The notes beneath the pieces are model-generated. The model did not search any database. It saw only the letters and a program-made list of their open reading frames with translations, and was not told where the DNA came from. This document shows, one piece after another, positions 7,260-14,679 of a DNA stretch of 32,000 nt; the stretch's first letter is position 1; every line of letters begins with the position of its first letter. The stretch comes from Rariglobus sp. (GTDB taxonomy: Bacteria > Verrucomicrobiota > Verrucomicrobiia > Opitutales > Opitutaceae): NCBI GenBank assembly GCA_031412735.1, contig JANODO010000050.1:1-32000 (forward strand), read 5' to 3'. Made by a program: the position numbers and the translations under genes.

Positions 7260-7759
7260 CAAGCGCGGAAAGAAATCCAAGCTACCGAGCTGGCGACTAG
7301 CAGGGTGACAAGCGAGAGCAGTCCTACGCCGGATGATCGTTCGTCTTGAAAAAGTGATCCGCAGGCCACGCGTTTTATTCCCTCTTTCATGACGGGCACG
7401 TTGAAGTTGAGCAGGAGCCCGAGAGACCTACGTTTCAGTTTAAGATAAGTAAGGAGCTGTGCTTGGTGGATCGGCTGGAACGAGTGGATCGATTTCAGTT
7501 CGATGATGAGTTCGTCCTCGACGATAAAATCCAGGCGATAGTCGCAATCGAGCGACACTCCCTTATAAGTAAGCGGGATGTCGCATTGGCGTTCATAACG
7601 CAGACCAGCGTGGGTTAATTCGTATGCGAGTGCCTCTTCATAGGCTGATTCGAGCAAGCCGGGGCCGAGTTCACGGTGCACCTCAATGCACAAGCCGATC
7701 ACACGATGGGAGAGTTGGTTGATGCGTTCTTTCTTAGCTTCGTTTTCTGGCGTCAGCAT
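7259..7759 (-). CDS. GxxExxY protein (PD-(D/E)XK nuclease-like fold) with a hydrophobic C-terminal extension of about 34 aa
   Basis: LSHRVIGLCIEVHRELGPGLLESAYEEALAYEL carries the GxxExxY signature, and YRLDFIVEDELIIELKSI carries a D...ExK core. GLLLNFN and IKRV mark the usual family C-terminus, after which the ORF runs on to 7259. It is visibly AT-richer than its neighbours. ATG 7759 is chosen because the track extension is hairpin arm. Confidence 0.85.
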   Translation of the reverse strand: MLTPENEAKKERINQLSHRVIGLCIEVHRELGPGLLESAYEEALAYELTHAGLRYERQCDIPLTYKGVSLDCDYRLDFIVEDELIIELKSIHSFQPIHQAQLLTYLKLKRRSLGLLLNFNVPVMKEGIKRVACGSLFQDERSSGVGLLSLVTLLVASSVAWISFRA

Positions 7760-7805
7760 AGAGGTGGAGATGTAGGGTGTGTTGGAGTGAAGGCGGGCGG
7801 AGTTT

Positions 7806-7906
7806 TTCACCACAAAGGCACGAAGACACAAAGGTCGGATAGAGAAATCAGCAGGTGAGATTGTGCACTTTATGAGAACTTTGTGTCACTGTGTCTTTGT
7901 GGTTAA
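7806..7906. repeat. compound hairpin element D (CACAAAG flavour)
   Basis: TTCACCACAAAGGCACGAAGACACAAAGGT (7806-7835) pairs 24/30 with 7877-7906 (AACTTTGTGTCACTGTGTCTTTGTGGTTAA). It sits between the moaE stop and the GxxExxY start. Confidence 0.85.
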
Positions 7907-7925
7907 AATCAGCGATGCATTGAGC

Positions 7926-8318
7926 TCATTGCAACGTGTCGGTTTTCCAGATGGGCACGTCTTGTTTGAGGCGGTCCATGAAGGCGGCGAGGAGGGCGAA
8001 GGCGGGGGCGCGGTGCTTGGCTTGGACGGCGATGTGAATGGCGGCCTCGCCCACAGGGATGATGCCGATGCGATGTTGGACGAAGACGGAGTGGCAGGGG
8101 TGCGCGGCGGCGAGTTCGGTGAGTAGGCGGTGCATCACGGTTTCGGCCATCGGTTGGTAGGCTTCGTAAACGAGGGCGGAGATGGGCTGGTCGTTTTCCG
8201 AGCCGCGCACCAGTCCGGTGAACGTCGCGAGGGCACCGATGTCGGGGTTGGCACGCGAAGCGGGCGGGACGATGACGGCGGAGGAAATGAGGATCTCAAT
8301 GTGCACGGCGGATTTCAA
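7926..8318 (-). CDS. moaE: molybdopterin synthase catalytic subunit MoaE
   Basis: ATFTGLVRG, YEAYQPMAE, HRIGIIPVGEAAIHIAVQAKHRAPAF and MDRLKQDVPIWK match MoaE. The start is TTG 8318 or GTG 8306. Confidence 0.88.
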   Translation of the reverse strand: MKSAVHIEILISSAVIVPPASRANPDIGALATFTGLVRGSENDQPISALVYEAYQPMAETVMHRLLTELAAAHPCHSVFVQHRIGIIPVGEAAIHIAVQAKHRAPAFALLAAFMDRLKQDVPIWKTDTLQ

Positions 8319-8358
8319 CCAGGTGGCTCGCGAAGGATACGAAGGGAGCGAAGGTAAA

Positions 8359-8598
8359 TCAGCCTCCCGAGACGGGAGGGATGACGGCGATTTCGTCGTT
8401 GGGTGAAAGGGTGGCGTCGGCGGTGAGGAAGTCGTTGTCGCGGGCGAGGCGGGAAGATGCGCGCAACGAGGCCAGGTCTGGGTGGCGTTGGATAAGTTGG
8501 TCCCAGAAGGCGGCAGTCGAGAGCGGTGTGGAAACCGGGATTTCCTCGGTCGATAGGCCGGTGATGCGGCGGGCGTGGGCGAAGTAGAGAACGGTCAT
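8359..8598 (-). CDS. moaD: molybdopterin synthase sulfur carrier subunit MoaD
   Basis: 79-aa ThiS/MoaD-size protein ending in PPVSGG (C-terminal Gly-Gly), immediately upstream of moaE. Confidence 0.85.
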   Translation of the reverse strand: MTVLYFAHARRITGLSTEEIPVSTPLSTAAFWDQLIQRHPDLASLRASSRLARDNDFLTADATLSPNDEIAVIPPVSGG

Positions 8599-8801
8599 GT
8601 AGTTGCCTGGCTGGGTGTTTGTGGGCGGGACCGTGTGAAGCAGTGGGTGACGTGGATTGGTTTATCCCAGCGGATGAGCGGTGATCAGTCGCGGGCGTTC
8701 ATCGTCCGGGCGGACTTCCCAGACCGTGCGGATGCAGGGATTGCTTTTGTCGGGAGTCGGTAGGTTGCAATCTAGAGTGTATTTGGTGCCGAAGCCTGTG
8801 T

Positions 8802-11800
8802 TCACGGAGACCTCTCCACTTGATTGGCCAGCAGGGTGGCGACTACCGGATTACCGGTCGGTGCCGCCAACTCCACGGCGTAGCCTTTGCCTCCTTCGTA
8901 AATACTTACGACTGCGCCAATGGTGCCGACTGCAAAATCGTGCCCCTCTTCGACGACGGGCACTAGTAAACGCACGCAATCGTGCTCGGCAATGGCGGGC
9001 GCGATGGAGAGTTGGTAGTGGGAATCCAGCTCGGTGTGCAGGGATAGGATCGCGGCGATGCGCCGGACGTGGTGGGTGAACTGCTGCGCCTCGTCACTCG
9101 TAAGGGCGCGACCCAGCAAATCGACCTCGCGGTAGCTGAGCCACTTCTTGAGCACCTGATAGCCGCCGAGGGTGTAACTCCAGACCGCCACGGGAACGTC
9201 TTTCCACCGGGTGGTGGCGTTGAGGTGGATGTCGATAAAGCCGTCGCCGCGCGTGCCGGTGCTTGTCTGGCCGGGGCCGGGCATGGTGACGCCGTTTTGA
9301 CCGGCGTAGCCCCAACGTGCTTTGAGCGAGAGGTCGGGGGTCTTCTCACCCGGTTTGAGGGCGAGTTCACCGAGGCCTTTGAGGTCGACGCGGACTTTGA
9401 GGCTGGTGACGCCTTCGACGGGCGTTTCAGGATCGAGTAGTGCGGCGATTTTGCGGCCAAGGCCGGCTCCTGAGCGGAGAACTTGGGCGGTCTTCGGCAG
9501 GGGCACGCGGGGCCAATCCTGTCTGAGAGCCCCGGCATTTTCTTCCCGATAAAGCGGTGCGTGTAGCACGGCGACGATGTGGAAGAACAGGTCTTCTGGT
9601 CCGGCCTCCAATTCCGCCAGATAGTCCTTCGCGAAATCCGTCAGGTTGGGCTGCGGGCCGCTAGGCCCCGATGATTCGAAGAGATCGGACTGCGGTTCTT
9701 TGGAAGCTGCGTCGTCAGCCGCCGCGTGTAGATAGAGCGGGAAGAAATTGGAAAGCCCGTTGGCGAAGTTATCAGCGAGCAGAGTTGTCACGGTGCCACG
9801 ATCCCAGCCGTCTCGGCTTTCTGACTTCCTTGCCTCAATCCAGAAGTTTCCAGAAAAGACGTGTTTCACATACTCGGGACGTTTCTCGTCGAGGAGTTTT
9901 GTGTGTGGATTCCAATATAGCCAACGGGCATCGAAGGGGCGATAAAGGTAGCGGAAGAAGCGACCACTTTCGATGCCGTGATTTTGCAAATCTCCCCTAA
10001 CCTTCTTCGCATCAAAGCGGCCTGAGTCGTCCTTCAGTCCTGCTAGCCTGCCATCAAGCGATGAGAACGATACCTTTGGGTTGAAGTAGCGTTGCATACG
10101 TTCTTCCAACGCGCCGCGAGCAACGTCTATCAGCGAATCATCGCGACTAGTTTTCACTCCAGGAAAAGACGTGCCTAACAATTCGGGGAGCAGTTGCCAA
10201 TTTTCGTAGTCTTCACGAACGCCTATTGGGATGAACGGCAGCCCGAATTTGAGCGCGGGTTTTAGAGCCTGAGACTGCTTTGGGATTTCCAAAGAGACTT
10301 CCAACTCTGCTCGCTTCAATTTTCCCCACCAATGCCGAAAGTTAAGATCCGCGTGAGGATTGTAGGCAGTCGCATCGGTATCCGCCGCACGCGGCTTGCC
10401 CTTCGGTCTGCGCTCCATGAGCGCGATAGCCGTTCCCACCTGAATGCCTTCGCGATTTTTCTCGGTCGAGAAGACGCTTGGGTCGGGCTGACCATCGGGT
10501 GTCTTTTTGCCGGTCTTGTATTTATCGCCGTTGAGGCAGTCGATGGTGATGGAGTCGAAGACCTCCATGAAGCGCTCGCGCATGCCGGTGTGGGACAGGC
10601 CGTCGAGCCAGGAGTAATTGCTAATGTAGCAGATGATGCCCTTGGCATCGGGACGAGGCCGGCCGGGTTTGTCGTCATCGGACTTCGGCACGCCTTCGGC
10701 GATGCGGCGCTCGGCCATCCGGAAAAAGCGGACGTAAAGATCGTTGAGTCCCTGACCCTGCGGAGCGGCAACCGTCTTCACGTGGCGGTAGGATTCGGAG
10801 AGATTGCGTTCCTCTTCTACGGCCAGGCCGGCGTAGCCGTCGTAGGGAGGGTTGCCGAGGACGACGATGATCTCGGACTTCTGCTTCACGTGGTCGGCGG
10901 CGTCGCGTTCGTCTGAAAACTCGGAGAATAGGACTTGGTCTTTCGGGTGTTTGACGGGCACCCAGCCGGTGAGGGCGTTGGTTAGGAATACCCCGGCGCG
11001 CTCGTCCTTACCGTGGTCGAGCTCGGCGCCCCAGCGGGTGAGCATGAGGTCGATCTGGAGATGGGAGACGACGTAGGGCGCGGGCAGGAGCTCAAAGCCG
11101 TAGAGGCGATGTTTGGCGACTTCGCGGATTTTCAGCGCAGCTTGGGCTTCGCCGTAGCCCTCGACGAGGCGGCGGCGGATGAGTTTGAGCGTCTCGACGA
11201 GGTAGGCACCGGTGCCGCAGCAAGGATCGAGGACGACGACGGAGGGATCGGCGAGGCCATCGGGTAGGTTGAAGTTTTCGCGCAGGGCGCGGTCCACGCT
11301 GCCGACCATGTAGCGGACGATCTCGGGCGGGGTATACCAGACGCCGAAATCCTTGCGCAGCTCGGGGTCGAACTCGGCGAGGAAGGGCTCGTAGAAGTAT
11401 TGCACGGCCTCGCCCATGTCGTAGCGAGCGAAGAAACTGTTGCGCTCCACGCGGGCCAGGCACTCCTCGGTCCAGTCGAGCACCTCTTCAAGGTTGAGCG
11501 CACGGATTTTTTTAGGATCGCTGGCGAGCTGGATGAAGAGCGTGCGCAGGATAGGAAGGCCGAGATGCTGGGCGGAGAGTCGCCACTGGAAACGCTCGCC
11601 GGGTTTGGGGTGGGCTTCGTGCCAGAGCACCCAAGCGGAGAAGATGCCGTAGAAGAGCGTCTGGATGAGCGTGGACTGGAAGAAATGGACGCCCTTCTCG
11701 CCCTCGAAGTGAACGCCAAGAGCGTCGGACAGGGCCTTTTTCACCGGTTCAAGCGTGCCCATCGGGGCCACCTCCACGCGGGCGCGAGCTTCACGGGCAT

Positions 11801-12386
11801 AGCTGGCGAGGTAAGTGGCGAGGTCTTGAGGTGTGGCGATACGTGCGGTGGAGAGCAGGGCGCGGCGGAGGAATTGCCACAGGCGCTCATTCTCGGGGTG
11901 CTGGGGATTCTGGCGGAGGGTGTGAACCTTATCCCAGAATTCGTTTTCGCTGGCGGCGACGATGTAGCGTTCGCCTTGGACCGCCTTGCCGTCTTTCCAT
12001 GACCAGAGCGAGAAGGCGCGGTAGTTGGTAAGGAGGATCTGGCCGTAGTGCTCCAGGTAATTGCGGACCTGCGGGGTCGATTCGAAGGAGGAGAGATCCT
12101 TCTCGATGGGTTTGATTTCGACGACGCCGCGCTCGGGTTTGAGTTGGCCGAAAAGGGAGGCGCGGTCGTCGCCGTATTTCTTGAGTTCTTTGGCGGAGAA
12201 GAGGCCGCCGTCGGGAATACCGGCTCCGCTGTTCGCCGGATGGATTACGGCTGTGATCTTGGGTTTGAGGGTTTCTCCGACCGCGTTGAGCAGTTTGGAG
12301 AGTGCGGGATAGCCGCTGGTCTCCGGCACGCCGATGCCTGAGATGCTATGAAGTTCTACAAGGTAGTCGGCGACGGGGGATGACAT
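8802..12386 (-). CDS. single-chain Type IIG-like N6-adenine DNA methyltransferase (MmeI/YeeA/Type ISP-C-terminal family), possible N-terminal PD-ExK nuclease, C-terminal DUF4926-like domain
   Basis: 1194 aa with an ATG start. YFYEPFLAEFDPELRKDFGVWYTPPEIVRYMV is the block typical of MmeI/PglX/ISP methylases. VVLDPCCGTGAYL is SAM motif I and VVLGNPPYDGYAG is catalytic NPPY motif IV. WSYTLGGYQVLKKWLSYRE matches the conserved C-terminal domain of Type ISP/YeeA enzymes. No helicase or Mrr domain is apparent. The last ~65 aa (VRLLVPVVEEGHDFAVGTIGAVVSIYEGGKGYAVELAAPTGNPVVATLLANQV) look like DUF4926. Confidence 0.85.
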   Translation of the reverse strand: MSSPVADYLVELHSISGIGVPETSGYPALSKLLNAVGETLKPKITAVIHPANSGAGIPDGGLFSAKELKKYGDDRASLFGQLKPERGVVEIKPIEKDLSSFESTPQVRNYLEHYGQILLTNYRAFSLWSWKDGKAVQGERYIVAASENEFWDKVHTLRQNPQHPENERLWQFLRRALLSTARIATPQDLATYLASYAREARARVEVAPMGTLEPVKKALSDALGVHFEGEKGVHFFQSTLIQTLFYGIFSAWVLWHEAHPKPGERFQWRLSAQHLGLPILRTLFIQLASDPKKIRALNLEEVLDWTEECLARVERNSFFARYDMGEAVQYFYEPFLAEFDPELRKDFGVWYTPPEIVRYMVGSVDRALRENFNLPDGLADPSVVVLDPCCGTGAYLVETLKLIRRRLVEGYGEAQAALKIREVAKHRLYGFELLPAPYVVSHLQIDLMLTRWGAELDHGKDERAGVFLTNALTGWVPVKHPKDQVLFSEFSDERDAADHVKQKSEIIVVLGNPPYDGYAGLAVEEERNLSESYRHVKTVAAPQGQGLNDLYVRFFRMAERRIAEGVPKSDDDKPGRPRPDAKGIICYISNYSWLDGLSHTGMRERFMEVFDSITIDCLNGDKYKTGKKTPDGQPDPSVFSTEKNREGIQVGTAIALMERRPKGKPRAADTDATAYNPHADLNFRHWWGKLKRAELEVSLEIPKQSQALKPALKFGLPFIPIGVREDYENWQLLPELLGTSFPGVKTSRDDSLIDVARGALEERMQRYFNPKVSFSSLDGRLAGLKDDSGRFDAKKVRGDLQNHGIESGRFFRYLYRPFDARWLYWNPHTKLLDEKRPEYVKHVFSGNFWIEARKSESRDGWDRGTVTTLLADNFANGLSNFFPLYLHAAADDAASKEPQSDLFESSGPSGPQPNLTDFAKDYLAELEAGPEDLFFHIVAVLHAPLYREENAGALRQDWPRVPLPKTAQVLRSGAGLGRKIAALLDPETPVEGVTSLKVRVDLKGLGELALKPGEKTPDLSLKARWGYAGQNGVTMPGPGQTSTGTRGDGFIDIHLNATTRWKDVPVAVWSYTLGGYQVLKKWLSYREVDLLGRALTSDEAQQFTHHVRRIAAILSLHTELDSHYQLSIAPAIAEHDCVRLLVPVVEEGHDFAVGTIGAVVSIYEGGKGYAVELAAPTGNPVVATLLANQVERSP

Positions 12387-12431
12387 GGGTGATAAAACGG
12401 GTGAGCTGGGGCGCGGTCGGCACCATTTACG

Positions 12432-12698
12432 TTATGCCGCGATCATGTTGACGGCGTCGTTGTAAACCCAGCCCTCGTTGCCGGTGTTGTAGAGCGGGTC
12501 GATGAAGATGCAGTTCACCTGGCCGGCGTAGAGCGGGAGAAGGGTTTTGAGGGCGTGGAGATTGTCGCCCTCGACGAGAAGATTGCCGGAACCGGGGTCG
12601 CCGCAGCCGAGTTCGGGCACGTCGCGGAGCAGCCGGTAGGGGACTTCGCGGTGGTGGTTAGCGACGGCGTCTTTGCCGATCCAGGAAAGCGTGGGCAT
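12432..12698 (-). pseudogene. N-terminal remnant (88 aa) of a Type III Mod-like DNA methyltransferase
   Basis: LSWIGKDAV ... LLVEGDNLHALKTLLPLYAGQVNCIFIDPLYNTGNEGWVYND matches the N-terminal LxWxGK ... GDNLxxLK ... IYIDPPYNTG block of Type III Mod enzymes. The catalytic DPPY reads DPLY, and the ORF stops right after this block, 45 nt before the large methyltransferase. Confidence 0.7.
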
Positions 12699-12824
12699 GG
12701 TTCGTTTTGATCCTGCGAGCCGATGAAGGAACTCTGCAACTACGGGATACGTCCATTTTAGGTCGCCGAGGTGAGCGCGGCCTAGTCCTGCTCCAGCATC
12801 TGGTGTTTTTGGGTTAGGGGATTG

Positions 12825-12945
12825 TTAACCATAAAGACACGGAGGCACAAAGGACTCACAAAGACCGGAAAACTGACGATTACAGCAGAGGGCAATCGAG
12901 GCTGAACTTTGTGAGGCCTTTGTGCCTTGGTGTCTTTGTGGTGAA
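12825..12945. repeat. compound hairpin element E (CACAAAG flavour, 39-nt arms), inverted relative to D
   Basis: TTAACCATAAAGACACGGAGGCACAAAGGACTCACAAAG (12825-12863) pairs 34/39 with 12907-12945. The asymmetric ends are TTAACC on the left and GGTGAA on the right, swapped relative to element D. Confidence 0.88.
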
Positions 12946-13067
12946 TTCGGGATAGCTGATGTTCGGCATATGCCTAATGATTGGGTTTTTATTGCAAAAA
13001 ATCAGAGGCAGCGAGGATTCACGAAAACCGGAAATGTATAACCTTATAGGTAATACTTTGGTTTGGG

Positions 13068-14039
13068 TTAGCCGCCGATGGCGGTCATGGGGCGGTCGGG
13101 GATGTAGTCGGATTGGAAGGTGTGGTCCTTGGGCTTGTTGGCGATGGCTTCGGTGAGCAACGCGTCGAGGTGGGCGTGGCCGGCGCGGACCGGGGCGAGC
13201 AGGTCAATCTCGCCGTGGCGGCCCAAACAGGGGCGGAGCTTGCCGTCGGACGTGAGCCGGAGCTTGTTGCAGGTGCCGCAAAAATCGGGAGTGGTGAGCG
13301 CGCCGATGAAGCCGACGAGGGCACCGTTTTGCGCGCGGGCGTAGCGGGCGGGGCCGTGGCCGGTGCGGTAGTCAGGGAGGGTTTCGAGGGGGCCCAGTTC
13401 GGATTCGATGCGGGCGCGGGCGCCTTCGCAGGAGAGGAAATTTTCGGAGCTGAGGACATCGGTGCGCGTGAGCGGCATCAGCTCGATAAAGCGCACCGGG
13501 GTGCGGTGCTCGGCGGCGAAACGCACGAGGGGCACGAGCTGGTCTTCGTTGACGCCGCGCATAAGCACCACGTTGAGCTTCACGACTTCGAAATCGGCGG
13601 CGAGGGCGGCATGGATTCCGCCGAGGGCGTCGGCGAGGCGGCCGCCGGTCACGCGGCGGTAGGCGTCGGCGTCGAGTGCGTCGAGGGAGACGTTGACGGA
13701 GGTGACGCCGGCGTTGCTGAGGTCGCGGGCGACGGCGGCCAGGCGCGTGCCGTTGGTGGAAAGACCGAGCGAGGCGGTGGTGGGCAACGCGGCGATGCCG
13801 GCGGCGATCGAGACGAGGTCGGGTCGGAGCAGCGGTTCGCCGCCGGTGAGGCGGAATTTGCGGAAGCCGAGCGAAGACGCGGCCGTGGCGATGCGGATGA
13901 GTTCGTCGGCGGTGAGGTGGTCGGGGCGCTGCGCCCAGCCTTTGTAGCCTTCGGGCATGCAGTAGAGGCAGCGCTCGTTGCACCGGTCGGTGACGGAGAT
14001 ACGCAGGTAATCGATGTGGCGTCCGAAGGGATCGGTCAT
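13068..14039 (-). CDS. moaA: GTP 3',8-cyclase MoaA (radical SAM)
   Basis: RISVTDRCNERCLYCMPEG carries the CxxxCxxC radical-SAM cluster. FRLTGGEPLLRPD and the C-terminal cluster CGTCNKLRLTSDGKLRPCL are also present. Confidence 0.95.
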   Translation of the reverse strand: MTDPFGRHIDYLRISVTDRCNERCLYCMPEGYKGWAQRPDHLTADELIRIATAASSLGFRKFRLTGGEPLLRPDLVSIAAGIAALPTTASLGLSTNGTRLAAVARDLSNAGVTSVNVSLDALDADAYRRVTGGRLADALGGIHAALAADFEVVKLNVVLMRGVNEDQLVPLVRFAAEHRTPVRFIELMPLTRTDVLSSENFLSCEGARARIESELGPLETLPDYRTGHGPARYARAQNGALVGFIGALTTPDFCGTCNKLRLTSDGKLRPCLGRHGEIDLLAPVRAGHAHLDALLTEAIANKPKDHTFQSDYIPDRPMTAIGG

Positions 14040-14082
14040 GGGAATTTCAGAGCGTAACCCGTGCTAGACGCGGAGCACGGAC

Positions 14083-14130
14083 AAAAAAGGACGCGACGAA
14101 GGGATATTTTCATGAAACCCATCATCGCGC
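14083..14130 (-). terminator. rho-independent terminator candidate ending the nap/globin transcription unit
   Basis: The minus strand reads GCGCGATGATGGG-(14-nt loop)-CCCTTCGTCGCGT followed by CCTTTTTTG. The stem is 13 bp with one mismatch and two G-U pairs. It lies between the DUF2249 gene and moaA. Confidence 0.4.
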
Positions 14131-14157
14131 CGCGTGATTTTTCAGCGAGCGGGGTGT

Positions 14158-14496
14158 TTAATGGTGGCTGCTTCCGCAGCCGCCGGGAAGCGCACCGGCG
14201 GCGAGGGCGGACATGCTGGCGGGATTAGCGGCGACACGCGTGATGCGGACCGCCGCGAAGTCGTCTTCGTTGACCAGATAATCCCAGCTGAAGCAGCCCG
14301 GGGCAATCGCTTCGAATTGGTAACGCAGGGGCTCGGGCGCGTGGCCGTTGACGAGGACGAAGCTCGCGCCGGTGACGAGTGCATCGGCGCGTTCCAAAAT
14401 GAGCGGGTGCTTGGTGCGGCAAGGAATGTCGCGGGCGTCGAGAAGCTCGGCGGCGGGAACAGTGGCGAGGGCGGGATGAAGTGTGGTGGTGAGCAT
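14158..14496 (-). CDS. DUF2249 domain-containing protein
   Basis: ELLDARDIPCRTKHPLILERADALVTGASFVLVNGHAPEPLRYQFEAIAPGCFSWDYLVNEDDFAAVRITRV fits the DUF2249 pattern (LDVR ... HP ... L ... G ... L ... H.P.PL..Q ... W.Y). ATG 14496 is chosen; the track start at 14577 is GTG. Confidence 0.65.
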   Translation of the reverse strand: MLTTTLHPALATVPAAELLDARDIPCRTKHPLILERADALVTGASFVLVNGHAPEPLRYQFEAIAPGCFSWDYLVNEDDFAAVRITRVAANPASMSALAAGALPGGCGSSHH

Positions 14497-14679
14497 AAAA
14501 AAGAAGGAGAACGTGAAGATAGCAGCGGGAGGCGAGCGGGTGGGGATCAGGCCCCGGGGCCCACGTGGGTTTGTCACCTATTAAGTGACAAACTTGGCTT
14601 GAGGAGGATGGAGCGGGTTGGCGGGGGGGAGGGAGGGGCGAGCGGCGGCGTAGATGGGTGACGCGCGGGGCGGGATCGG

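Noticed and set aside
8599-8801. Possible Moco riboswitch in the ~200-nt leader upstream of moaD, and likewise in 14040-14157 upstream of moaA.
   Set aside because: I could not recognise the conserved Moco RNA motif by eye. This needs a covariance-model scan (Rfam RF01055); a significant hit would overturn this rejection.
13000-13075. Possible decayed hairpin element right after moaA. The gene ends GGCGGCTAACCCAAACCAAAG, similar to the element head GGCGGTTAGCCCACGAAAC, and CACGAAAACC occurs at about 13019-13028.
   Set aside because: There is only partial head similarity and no convincing paired arms. It could be chance in a short AT-rich spacer.
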